From Candidatus Microgenomatus sp. (GTDB taxonomy: Bacteria; Patescibacteriota; Microgenomatia; UBA8517), in the NCBI GenBank assembly GCA_020724555.1, contig DYGT01000001.1, positions 131,197 to 177,214 on the forward strand: DNA of 46,018 nucleotides, in the 5' to 3' direction. The notes under the pieces are model-generated. The model was not told where the DNA came from. It ran no database searches and was given only the letters and a program-made list of their open reading frames with translations. The position numbers and the translations under genes are program-made. Each line of letters begins with the position of its first letter. Positions within the stretch are counted from its first letter, which is position 1. Below are positions 9,875 through 18,985 of this stretch, in pieces.

Positions 9875-9946
9875 GCCCTCGTAGTTTAATGGACAGAACA
9901 TCGGTTTGCGGAACCGGCAATGGAAGTTCGATTCTTCCCGGGGGCA
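9875..9946 (+). tRNA. tRNA-Arg(GCG)
   Basis: Acceptor stem GCCCTCG/CGGGGGC, anticodon loop TTGCGGA, GTTCGATTC. Confidence 0.9.
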
Positions 9947-10015
9947 CTCATGTAATTCACCAGTTATCAATGCCCAATTTTTAAATTAAAAATTGAGATT
10001 TGAAAATTATTTTAT

Positions 10016-10103
10016 GGTGGGGTGCCGGAGCGGTTAAACGGCCAGCTCTCGAAAAGCTTGGACTCGCTTAGCGGGTACGTGGGTTCGAATCCCACCCTCA
10101 CCG
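10016..10103 (+). tRNA. tRNA-Ser(CGA)
   Basis: Anticodon loop CTCGAAA, long variable arm, GGGTTCGAATCCC. Confidence 0.92.
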
Positions 10104-10163
10104 CCCGTAATTTTCGCGTTGAGTGTGATTTTCGATATCGCTTGCTTATGCAATCGTCGAATC

Positions 10164-10184
10164 CCTGCCTTGCCGGCAGGCAGG
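10164..10184. repeat. Palindrome copy 1 (one extra T), inside a duplicated tRNA-Ser(CGA) 3' end
   Basis: TCGAATC[CCTGCCTTGCCGGCAGGCAGG]CCACCCTCACCGC. Confidence 0.9.
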
Positions 10185-10212
10185 CCACCCTCACCGCTGT
10201 TATAATCAACAA

Positions 10213-11616
10213 GTGAAGAGGATTTTTTTTATAACACTTTTGTCTTCTTTTTTACTTTCGCTTCTGTTTTTAGTTGGTAGAATCGATCAGGATTATTTTT
10301 CTTTTTATTACATTGGCCGTGGTGTGGCTGACGGGGCAGACATGTTTCGGGATTATGCCGATAACAAAGGACCGGTATTATATTTATTTTTTACAGCTTT
10401 ATATAAATTATTTGGCAACTATTATTTAACAGCATTAATTTTTGCAAGCACCTTGGTTGACAGTTTAGCCTTAATTGGCGCTTTCCTATTTTTTAAAAAA
10501 CGGTTCAATATAAGTCTGTCAAAAGGGTTTTTACCTAAATTTTTGATAGTATTTTTCGCGGTTTTGTTTTACAAAAGCTTTTCCATAGGGTCTTTTATGG
10601 GTGGGTTTTATGCCGAGACTTTGGGTTTGATGTTTGTAGTATTTTCTTTGTATTTTTTAGAAGCAAGAAAGTATTTTTTGTCCGGATTACTTTTTTGCCT
10701 TGCCTTTTTGTGTAGATTGACTCTTCTTTTTTGGTTAATTTATTTTCTTTATATTTTACTAAAACAAAAGTTCGCTTTCTCTAAACTTGTAAATTTTGCT
10801 GTCGGTTTTTGTATGCCTTTGGTTATTGTGCTGATTTGGTATTGGCTAAACGAGAATTTGATTTACTTTTTTGGCAATATGATAAATATTAATTTTTCTT
10901 ATGCTTCAGCTGTAAAATCTTTTTATTTTCGCCAACTAGCAGCTGTAGTAACAATCGAAATGCGTATTTTTGTAAGCGTTGTTGCGTCGCTTATTATTTT
11001 TATTTTGCTCTTTAATAAAAAAGATAAATATATTTTTGAATTTGGAGCGATGGGTATATCTGGCATTTTAGCAAGTTTTGTGGGTGGCTTGTTTTATTTT
11101 CACCACTTTATTCAATTTAGTTTGGTATTTTTGTTTTTATTGCTATACTATATCAAAAAATATAGTCGAAAATTAGGGGTATTTTTAATTTTTTTAGTTT
11201 CTATTTTATTAATAGTCAACTATGCTTTGTTTGTTAATACTCCCCAATTGTTTTCTAGATCAGACATTGATGAGATAAGTAAATTTTTTAATAAAGAATA
11301 TATCCAGGTTGTGACATATTATCCCGAGCTTTATGTTCGCTCTGATAATCATTCTTTTGACAGGTATTATCAAATATTTCATATAAGTTCTTTTTATAAT
11401 GTAAATTCAAAAAATTTAATGTTAGAGCATATAGAAAATGTTAAATACTATGGTGATAAAACCGCTTTTGTTTTTGTGGAACAAAACCAATTTGACGCCG
11501 ATATACTAGGCGAGTATAAACAATTTCTAGAAGATGAGGGAGGATTGGAACTCAAACAAGTCTTTCATAAAAAGGATCCCCAAAAAACAATAACTATCTA
11601 TGAAACTAATAATTAA
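10213..11616 (+). CDS. GT-C fold glycosyltransferase (ArnT/PMT-like)
   Basis: Polytopic; DQDYFSFYYIG..DNKGPVLY luminal motif. Confidence 0.75.
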   Translation: MKRIFFITLLSSFLLSLLFLVGRIDQDYFSFYYIGRGVADGADMFRDYADNKGPVLYLFFTALYKLFGNYYLTALIFASTLVDSLALIGAFLFFKKRFNISLSKGFLPKFLIVFFAVLFYKSFSIGSFMGGFYAETLGLMFVVFSLYFLEARKYFLSGLLFCLAFLCRLTLLFWLIYFLYILLKQKFAFSKLVNFAVGFCMPLVIVLIWYWLNENLIYFFGNMININFSYASAVKSFYFRQLAAVVTIEMRIFVSVVASLIIFILLFNKKDKYIFEFGAMGISGILASFVGGLFYFHHFIQFSLVFLFLLLYYIKKYSRKLGVFLIFLVSILLIVNYALFVNTPQLFSRSDIDEISKFFNKEYIQVVTYYPELYVRSDNHSFDRYYQIFHISSFYNVNSKNLMLEHIENVKYYGDKTAFVFVEQNQFDADILGEYKQFLEDEGGLELKQVFHKKDPQKTITIYETNN

Positions 11617-13084
11617 AAAGTATTTTTTTATTGTGTTTGTGTTTTTTGTTTTTTTAATAAAAGCACTAGTACAGCTTGACCCTGATTTTGGATGGCATGT
11701 GCGGTTGGGGGAGATTATTTCGCAAAATGGTATTCCAAGCTTTGATCCTTTTTCTTACACTATGGCAAGCTACCCCTTTGTTGACCATGAATGGTTTACG
11801 AACTTGCTGTTATTTTATTTGCACAATGCGCTAGGACAGTTGGGTTTGGCAATTTTGTTTACGGCTTTGTTGCTGATGATAACGCTTATAGTATTTAGAA
11901 ATAATTTTTTTACTAACAGTTTTACCTTAGCTTTATTGTTTTTGTTTTTGGCAACCCTGCTGCCTTATTTTGGCATCCGTCCACAAGTTCAGTCATGGCT
12001 TTTTTTGTCAATTTTGCTGTGTTTGCTGGAAGAAAAAATATATAAAAAATTTTATTGGGTAATACCGCTTCTTAGCTTGTGGTGGGCAAACGTTCACGGA
12101 AGTTTTGCCATTCTTATTGCAGTTTTATTGATTGATTTTTCGGTTAAGTCTTATTTGAAAAAACGCGTTTTAGTCAAAAGACTTTTGGTTTTGTTTATAA
12201 GTTTATTGGCCACATTTATAACACCTTATTTTTACCGCTCTTGGTGGGAAGTCTACATGCAGGTGACAGATTCAGCCCTTCGCTGGCGGATACAGGAGTG
12301 GCGCCCCAGTTTTATGTTTTTTAGTCTTCCGTTTATTTTTTATCTGGCGATGTACCTCATAGCACTTAAAACCTCTTGGCGCGAATTACCCAAGGAAATA
12401 ATTATTATTTCCTTGTTTTTTTTCATTCAGGCAATTTCGAGCACGCGCCATGTTCCGCTGTGGGCGATAACGGCGACCCCTATTATTTTTTTTAGTTTTA
12501 AAGCTTTTAGAAAACAAGTGTTTAAAGTTAAATTTGGTAAACAAAGGCTGGATCTTGCAGGAAGAGTGTTTTTGGCAATCTCAATATTAATTTTTGTTGC
12601 GCAAACCGCTTTAAGTTTGCTTAGTGCCAGATCTACTTCCGAGTCCGTGTTTTATCCTCAAAAAGCCGTTGAATTTATGCAAGACAATGGATTTGAAGGT
12701 AGAGCCTTTTCTTTATACGCCTGGGGTGGATATTTGCTTTGGAAAGAGCCTGATAAAAAAGTCTACATAGACGGCCGCATGCCAAGTTGGCGTTATAATA
12801 ATGCCCCTGTGGGCGAAACAAATAACGCAATGGAGGATTATTTGAATATTTTAAAAGGTGACAAGGATTTTAACGAAGAGGCGGACAAATATAATATTGA
12901 ATATGTGCTTTTGCCCCGGGAAAACAACAGTAAAGGTATTATTGAAAAGCTGTCTATGTTAATAAAGCCCAAAAAAGATGAAGATTTTTCAATATATGAG
13001 TATTTGCTAAATAACGGCTGGGATATTGTCTATGGCGATGAGGTTTCTGTGATTTATCAGCGAAAGCTGAAGCCGGGGCTGTAA
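11600..13084 (+). CDS. Polytopic membrane protein, probable GT-C glycosyltransferase
   Basis: DPDFGWH, DHEW, RPQ, WANVHGSF, WGGYL, IDGR motifs. Confidence 0.7.
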   Translation: MKLIIKKYFFIVFVFFVFLIKALVQLDPDFGWHVRLGEIISQNGIPSFDPFSYTMASYPFVDHEWFTNLLLFYLHNALGQLGLAILFTALLLMITLIVFRNNFFTNSFTLALLFLFLATLLPYFGIRPQVQSWLFLSILLCLLEEKIYKKFYWVIPLLSLWWANVHGSFAILIAVLLIDFSVKSYLKKRVLVKRLLVLFISLLATFITPYFYRSWWEVYMQVTDSALRWRIQEWRPSFMFFSLPFIFYLAMYLIALKTSWRELPKEIIIISLFFFIQAISSTRHVPLWAITATPIIFFSFKAFRKQVFKVKFGKQRLDLAGRVFLAISILIFVAQTALSLLSARSTSESVFYPQKAVEFMQDNGFEGRAFSLYAWGGYLLWKEPDKKVYIDGRMPSWRYNNAPVGETNNAMEDYLNILKGDKDFNEEADKYNIEYVLLPRENNSKGIIEKLSMLIKPKKDEDFSIYEYLLNNGWDIVYGDEVSVIYQRKLKPGL

Positions 13085-13130
13085 AGCCGAGCTCTGAGAA
13101 AAAACCACTAGCGTGAGTTCACGGAGCTTT

Positions 13131-13263
13131 ATAAACTTCCATGAGCTTACGCTCATGGTTTTTGTCGTGTTCGCTAAAGCGATTTATTTGTAGCTTATAT
13201 CGCCCTCCTGTTTACCTGCCTGCCGGCAGGCAGGCGCATGGAGTTTTACGCTCACATGATAAA
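13131..13263 (-). mobile_element. Gene-less element resembling joined IS200/IS605 ends
   Basis: Minus strand: TTTATCA..GCGTAAAACTCC..GGAGGGCGATATAAGC (left-end-like), then hairpin CCATGAGC-GTAA-GCTCATGG-AAGTTTAT (right-end-like). Resemblance is from recall. Confidence 0.5.
13215..13234. repeat. Perfect 20-bp palindrome, copy 2
   Basis: CCTGCCTGCCGGCAGGCAGG. Confidence 0.92.
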
Positions 13264-13296
13264 CGGAATTACGATTAAAAGGTATAATATGCCTAA

Positions 13297-15057
13297 ATGT
13301 CAGATGCGGTTGAGGAAATAAAAAATAAGATTGATATTGTGGATATTATTGGGGCTCATGTAAACCTTAAAAAAGCCGGCTCCAATTACAAAGGCCTTTG
13401 CCCTTTTCATCAGGAAAAAACGCCATCGTTTATGGTCAGCCCCGAGCTTCAGATTTATAAATGTTTTGGCTGCGGTGAAGCCGGTGACGTCTTTACTTTT
13501 TTAGAAAAATACGAAGGCTTGGAATTTCGGGAAGCTTTGGAGATTTTAGCCGAAAAAGCAGGCGTTAAGCTGGAAAGGAGAAACATCGGCCAAAAGAGTA
13601 AAAAAGAACGCTCAATTGAAATCAATACATTGGCGGCGCGGCTTTATCACTATCTTTTGTTAAAACACTCAGCCGGCAGAGAAGCTTTGGAATATGCCAC
13701 TAAAATCCGCGGCCTTAAGTCGGCTACCTTAACCGCCTTTGAAATAGGCTTTGCGCCTGAGCGAAGCGGCATCTTAATTAAGCAGCTCAAAAAGAAAAAA
13801 GTTAGTGAAACTGAGCTGTTGGAGGCCGGCCTTGTTTATAAAACCCGTTATGGGCCGGTTGAGCGCTTCCGTGGTCGGCTGATTTTTCCTCTTAAAGACC
13901 ACCGCGGGAGGACACTGGCTTTGGCCGGACGGATACTGCCACAGTATGACAAGCCAAATATCGGAAAATACATTAATTCACCGGAAACTCCAAGTTATCA
14001 CAAAAGCGAAGTGGTTTACGGACTGGATATTGCCAAAAGCGAAATAAAAAAACTAAATCAAATAGTTATCGTTGAGGGTGAGCTTGACTTATTAACGCCT
14101 TGGCAAATTGGTGTAAGAAATATTGTTGCCATTAAAGGAACTGCTTTTACCGACAGTCAGATTAGGCTTTTGAGCCGTTTTAGTAAAAATTGGGTAATGG
14201 CACTGGACTCTGATTTTGCGGGAGATAAGGCTGCGGTTAGTGCAATACAGTTAGCTTTAAATATGGGGATATCGGTTAAAGTGGCCAGGCTTGGTAAATA
14301 TAAAGATCCGGATGATTTTGCCAAAGCCGAGCCTGAAAAATTTAAAAAAGCCATATTAAAAGCCCAAGACGCTTGGGATTTTTTGTTTGAACAAGTTTTC
14401 TCCCGCTATGACCTCAAAACCGGCTCGGGAAAAGCGGCGATTAGCCGTGAGGTAACTCCTTTGCTGTCGGCAATAGATGACTCTATCGTCCAGGATCATT
14501 ATGTCAAAAAAATTGCCACAAAGCTTGAAGTCAGCGAGGAGGCGGTCAGGCAAAAGTTGACAAACCCCAAAAAAGAAATTGCTAGTGAACTTGTTGATAT
14601 TGAAAAAGCGGAAGATGTGCGCCTAAGTTTGGAAAAACGGCTTATTTCGGTTTCCTTGCAAAAAAACCCAAGGTATTTGTTAGATGAAGAGGTTAGGAAA
14701 TTATTCATAAAACCCTTTACCAAAAAACTGCTTGCAAAATTGTCGTCGTTTTTAGCAAGTCAGGAATTTGACCCACAAGCTTTTTTGCGAAGCCTTCCGC
14801 CGGAGCTTGCCACCGGTTTTACCGAAATATATCTTCAAGAAGAAGAAGGGGAAGGAGGCAACAGAGCCCTTGATATTGAGCGTGAGCTTGCCAAAATTAC
14901 TTTACGGCTGAAAATTATGAATATCCACGAACAAATGGAGGCATTAACCCATAAAATGAAGCTGGCTGAAAAGAAAAAAGACGAGAGCCTTTTAATAAAA
15001 TACGAAGAAGAATTCGCCACTCTAAGTAAAAAGCGGTCCGAAATTGAGGGCACTTGA
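13297..15057 (+). CDS. dnaG: DNA primase
   Basis: CPFHQEKTPSF zinc finger, KYINSPET, TOPRIM VEGELD and DSDFAG. Confidence 0.97.
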   Translation: MSDAVEEIKNKIDIVDIIGAHVNLKKAGSNYKGLCPFHQEKTPSFMVSPELQIYKCFGCGEAGDVFTFLEKYEGLEFREALEILAEKAGVKLERRNIGQKSKKERSIEINTLAARLYHYLLLKHSAGREALEYATKIRGLKSATLTAFEIGFAPERSGILIKQLKKKKVSETELLEAGLVYKTRYGPVERFRGRLIFPLKDHRGRTLALAGRILPQYDKPNIGKYINSPETPSYHKSEVVYGLDIAKSEIKKLNQIVIVEGELDLLTPWQIGVRNIVAIKGTAFTDSQIRLLSRFSKNWVMALDSDFAGDKAAVSAIQLALNMGISVKVARLGKYKDPDDFAKAEPEKFKKAILKAQDAWDFLFEQVFSRYDLKTGSGKAAISREVTPLLSAIDDSIVQDHYVKKIATKLEVSEEAVRQKLTNPKKEIASELVDIEKAEDVRLSLEKRLISVSLQKNPRYLLDEEVRKLFIKPFTKKLLAKLSSFLASQEFDPQAFLRSLPPELATGFTEIYLQEEEGEGGNRALDIERELAKITLRLKIMNIHEQMEALTHKMKLAEKKKDESLLIKYEEEFATLSKKRSEIEGT

Positions 15058-15081
15058 TAGTTTTAAGTTTGTGTGTATAAT
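15054..15081 (+). promoter_or_regulatory. Putative sigma70 promoter for rpoD
   Basis: TTGATA-16 nt-TATAAT with extended -10 TG. Confidence 0.55.
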
Positions 15082-15091
15082 AAGTTAAATT

Positions 15092-15118
15092 GCGGCGAGT
15101 AAGGCTCGCAGCTTTTTT
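15092..15118 (+). terminator. Terminator-like hairpin between dnaG and rpoD
   Basis: GCGGCGAG-TAAGG-CTCGCAGC followed by T6. Confidence 0.45.
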
Positions 15119-15127
15119 ATTGTCCCC

Positions 15128-16225
15128 ATGTTGCGCAAAGCTACCGAAGAACTAGTTAAAAAAGGGAAAAAGCAGGGTTTTTTGACGCAGGAAGATATTT
15201 TGCAAGTCTTTCCGGACGCAGAAAAGCGTTTGCCGGAATTGGACGAGTTTTATAGTGTTTTGTTGGCAAATAAAATTGACGTTTTTGAATCCGTTGCAAC
15301 CGAAGAAGAAGATATAGAGAAAAAACTCAGTATCGACCAGGAAATAGCCATCCTTGCCAAACTCGAAGGGCCCGAAACCACCGATCCTGTCCGGCAATAC
15401 TTAAGAGAAATTGGCCAATATCCACTTTTGACTGCGGAGGAAGAAATTGAACTTGCGAAAGGTTATGAAAGGGATCGCAAAGAGCGGGGCGAAACCACCA
15501 AAAGCCGCTACAAAGATAAGCTAATCGAAAGCAACCTCAGGCTTGTTGTGTCTATCGCAAAAAAATATATCGGCCGTGGACTTTCTCTTTTGGACTTGAT
15601 TCAGGAGGGAAACCAGGGCTTAATCCGGGCAGTTGAAAAGTATGACTGGCGAAGGGGGTTTAAGTTTAGCACCTATGCTACTTGGTGGATCCGCCAGGCC
15701 ATAACCCGGGCAATTGCTGACCAAGCTCGTACTATCCGCATTCCGGTGCATATGGTAGAAACCATTAACAAGCTCTACCGCATATCCCAGCGGCTCATGC
15801 AAGACTTGGGCCGGGAGCCCACACCTGAGGAAATCGGGGAAGAGCTGGGTATTTCAGCAGACCGGGTGCGCGAAATATTTAAAATTTCCCAGGAAGTTAC
15901 CAGTCTGGATACAAAAGTGGGCGAAGACGAAGACAGCACCCTTGGGGACTTTGTGGCAGATGAGACGCGTCCCTCGCCGGTGGACGCAGCCAGCAAACAA
16001 TTGTTAAAAGACCATTTAGATGAGGTATTACACACCTTGACGGAACGCGAGGCTAAAGTGTTAACTCTTCGTTTTGGCCTTGACGGTGGGCAACCAAAGA
16101 CACTTGAAGAAGTAGGAAAAGTATTTGGCGTGACCCGCGAGCGCATCCGTCAAATTGAAGCTAAAGCTCTTCGTAAACTAAAGCACCCAAGCCGCCGCAA
16201 AAAACTTCAGGATTATTTAGAATAA
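15128..16225 (+). CDS. rpoD: Primary sigma factor
   Basis: [54 protein letters not shown]. Confidence 0.98.
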   Translation: MLRKATEELVKKGKKQGFLTQEDILQVFPDAEKRLPELDEFYSVLLANKIDVFESVATEEEDIEKKLSIDQEIAILAKLEGPETTDPVRQYLREIGQYPLLTAEEEIELAKGYERDRKERGETTKSRYKDKLIESNLRLVVSIAKKYIGRGLSLLDLIQEGNQGLIRAVEKYDWRRGFKFSTYATWWIRQAITRAIADQARTIRIPVHMVETINKLYRISQRLMQDLGREPTPEEIGEELGISADRVREIFKISQEVTSLDTKVGEDEDSTLGDFVADETRPSPVDAASKQLLKDHLDEVLHTLTEREAKVLTLRFGLDGGQPKTLEEVGKVFGVTRERIRQIEAKALRKLKHPSRRKKLQDYLE

Positions 16226-17554
16226 TCATTTTATAAACCAGTAAAGAAGCAGGTGATAAATGGTCACCAAAAAAACCACGAGGATAGAAATATTTTTTTG
16301 CTTTTCTACGTTTAGACTTGCAAGGGCTACAATGGGTGTCAGATACCAGCTCAAAACCAGGCTCAATTTGGTTAAAATAAAAACGCTATAAACCGCAAAA
16401 CAGGCAAAGATGAGTTTTTGAAAAGAATATTTATTAACCAAAAACCATATTCCGGTTAATCCCCCTATTAATAAAAAGATAAAATTGTTGAGTTTAAAGG
16501 CTTGTGTGTAGCTTACAACTTGATCCAAAAGCCAGATGCCCAAGGAAGGGCTTATTGTTTGGCCGTGATAAAAATTCAAAAGAAACGAAAACGTTTCTCT
16601 TCCTTGCCAAAAAGGATAATAAAATACTGCCGCAATCCCCAAGCAGAAAGCGCCGATTAATATAGATTTATAAAAGAATTGGTTTAAACTTAATTTTTGT
16701 TTAAAAAGGGTAAAAACATAAAACGGCACAAACACGGTTGTAGTGCCTTTAATAAGGATAGACAAAACCAGAAATATAAAAGAAAAAAAGATGCGTTTAT
16801 GTTTTAAAGCCAGCGCCGAAAGCAGAAGCAAAAATATTAGCAAAGATTCATTGTGGGCGTTTGCAGCAAGCTCATAAACCACCAAAGGATTCCAGCTGTA
16901 TAAAAACAGTGCTTTTGCGGACTTCGTGATTTTATAGATTAAATAGCCGTTTACAAGATTCGCGCCAATCAGAAGTGTTTTAAAAAGGATAAATGTTAGT
17001 GGGTAATGGTTCAGGCCGATTGTGTTAATAAAACTGCTGATAAATAAAAACATGGGGCCGTAGAGCGTGGGTTTGCCAGACCAATAGTTACTAATGATAG
17101 GGTAAAGCGGATCGCCCCAATATTGGCTGTAAGTATCAATGTAGGGGTTTGCTCCTTGGTTTACAACCCGGCCAATTGCTATATAGGAGTGTAAATCATT
17201 GGATGTAAAAAAGGGCACAAAAATAAACCCTACCTGAAACAGCACGGAGAATAGAAAAATTGTTTTTAAATTAGCGGACGTAAATTTTGCTTTAAAAAGT
17301 ACTAAAAAATAAATTAGATATAAAATTACAAGAAGTGTAATAACAAGATTCAGGTGTATTTGTGTGTGTAAATTAAGTTCACCAAAATGCCACTTTAGAA
17401 GATAGAAGGAAATATAAAGCAGTTCTGTTGCCAGACCGGCAATAACAAACGGATTTTTTGCAAATTTACTCGCGGCAGCAATCGATGGCTTTTTGTACGA
17501 GTTCGCCCATTTTGTCAAAAACGGAAAGCGATTGTTTCTTTTTGCCTTTTTCAT
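16226..17554 (-). CDS. GT-C glycosyltransferase (MptB/GT87-like); start uncertain
   Basis: SNDLHSY, NPY, YGP, WNPLVVYE..NAHNE. The called start overlaps the upstream gene by 89 nt. Confidence 0.75.
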   Translation of the reverse strand: MKKAKRNNRFPFLTKWANSYKKPSIAAASKFAKNPFVIAGLATELLYISFYLLKWHFGELNLHTQIHLNLVITLLVILYLIYFLVLFKAKFTSANLKTIFLFSVLFQVGFIFVPFFTSNDLHSYIAIGRVVNQGANPYIDTYSQYWGDPLYPIISNYWSGKPTLYGPMFLFISSFINTIGLNHYPLTFILFKTLLIGANLVNGYLIYKITKSAKALFLYSWNPLVVYELAANAHNESLLIFLLLLSALALKHKRIFFSFIFLVLSILIKGTTTVFVPFYVFTLFKQKLSLNQFFYKSILIGAFCLGIAAVFYYPFWQGRETFSFLLNFYHGQTISPSLGIWLLDQVVSYTQAFKLNNFIFLLIGGLTGIWFLVNKYSFQKLIFACFAVYSVFILTKLSLVLSWYLTPIVALASLNVEKQKNISILVVFLVTIYHLLLYWFIK

Positions 17555-18014
17555 CGATTAAATCAATTTTATCGCTTTTGCTTTTAATATTTAAAGCGTC
17601 TTTGGTGTCAACCACATTTAGATTTATGGCCCAAAAGAGGCTATAGAGTTTGTAAGCTTTTTCAAACAAATCCCAGGCCTCGCCTTTATTACCCTTTTTA
17701 AGCTCTTTGGTGCCCACTTCCATTACCCTCATGCTGGCGGCAAGTAAGTGCTTACTGATGCACCACACCTCACCTTCATAGTCTTTGATAATATTTTTCA
17801 AAAGTTCGGTGCGCATGAGCCTCACTTCATTTAAAAGATCCAGATATTTTTGGTTTTTCGTTTTTTGGGCGGTGAAAAATAGATGCTCCTCAATTGAAAT
17901 AAGGTTCATAATACCGATAGATAAATCTTCGCCGCTGCTAAGGTCAAGATCCTTTTGTTGCGTTACTTTTTCCACCTTATCTAAAAGTGTTTGGATGTCT
18001 TTTTTGTTGGCCAT
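17466..18014 (-). CDS. Hypothetical helical protein with C-terminal CC (paralog of 37535-38092)
   Basis: EDLSIGIMNLISIEEH, EVWCISKHLL, AIDCCRE. Confidence 0.85.
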   Translation of the reverse strand: MANKKDIQTLLDKVEKVTQQKDLDLSSGEDLSIGIMNLISIEEHLFFTAQKTKNQKYLDLLNEVRLMRTELLKNIIKDYEGEVWCISKHLLAASMRVMEVGTKELKKGNKGEAWDLFEKAYKLYSLFWAINLNVVDTKDALNIKSKSDKIDLIDEKGKKKQSLSVFDKMGELVQKAIDCCRE

Positions 18015-18545
18015 TTAGATATTTAGATTTAAGCTTGTAAGCAAAAACATTATAACGCTTGCAGTCAAAAGAAAAGCTACGGGTAGAATTACTTTTTGAA
18101 AATCAATAAGCTGCCTTCCTTTGCTTTGCCTGATTTTTTTATCAGCAGCAATACCCAGATAAAAAGTAAATATGCCCAAGATAATGCCAAAAAGGAGTTT
18201 GTCGATTCCTAAAATGGTATTGTTGGGGTGCCCCATTACACCGCCAAGCTTGAGAGGAATGATGGTTAAGATAAACCAGACGATCATGGAAATAATTGAG
18301 CCGTAAGGTATATTTATATTTTTTTTCTTAAGCCAATTGGCGCTCCAAAGCGCGAGAGCCATAATTAGCCCGCCAAACCAGATGCCACTTGCGGCATCAT
18401 CTATGCCCAAGTAGCGCGAAAGGCCCAGCCCGGCGCCGACAGCAACGGTACACACGGGGCAGACAGCTTTTGCTGGAGCTAAATTTATAAAATAAAAAGA
18501 AATTAAAGTAATTCCAAAAACAAAAAATTTAATTATTTTCTTCAT
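18015..18545 (-). CDS. CPVC-motif membrane protein (paralog of 37012-37521)
   Basis: Signal-like N-terminus, AVCPVCTVAVGAGLG, GIDD, several TM helices. Confidence 0.85.
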   Translation of the reverse strand: MKKIIKFFVFGITLISFYFINLAPAKAVCPVCTVAVGAGLGLSRYLGIDDAASGIWFGGLIMALALWSANWLKKKNINIPYGSIISMIVWFILTIIPLKLGGVMGHPNNTILGIDKLLFGIILGIFTFYLGIAADKKIRQSKGRQLIDFQKVILPVAFLLTASVIMFLLTSLNLNI

Positions 18546-18930
18546 CGGAGTACAAAGTGTTTAAGTAATCAATAATGGGTTGGTCGCCAACGATACATTC
18601 TCCCTGGGGGGTAAACACCAAGGGCACGCCGATTTGTGTTGCTGGGATGTTACAAGATAGCGCGCGGGCCTGCAGGCGGCTGGCGTTTTCGGGGTTTGCG
18701 GTTTCATATTTGTCCAAAGCAAATTCTTCCGTATGCTCCCATCCTTCCATAAATTCATTGACAACTGCGCAATGAGGGCAAGTGGTGCTCCAGTAGTATT
18801 CATGATTTTGGGGTAGTGGCAGGTCGGACACTTCCTGTTGTTTATCACCCGAAAATAGAAATAAACCGGCAATTACTACTATAACTATGCCGACGATAAA
18901 CCCCAAAATGGCTTTATTCATATCACTCAT
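18529..18930 (-). CDS. Membrane-anchored glutaredoxin/thioredoxin-like protein (paralog of 36548-37015)
   Basis: TM anchor, TCPHC, IGVP cis-Pro motif; start moved to 18930. Confidence 0.8.
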   Translation of the reverse strand: MSDMNKAILGFIVGIVIVVIAGLFLFSGDKQQEVSDLPLPQNHEYYWSTTCPHCAVVNEFMEGWEHTEEFALDKYETANPENASRLQARALSCNIPATQIGVPLVFTPQGECIVGDQPIIDYLNTLYSDEENN

Positions 18931-18985
18931 ACTACTGATATTTATTAGCGGTTGCAAGAGCAAATTATGTTGTACAATCAGTGAG

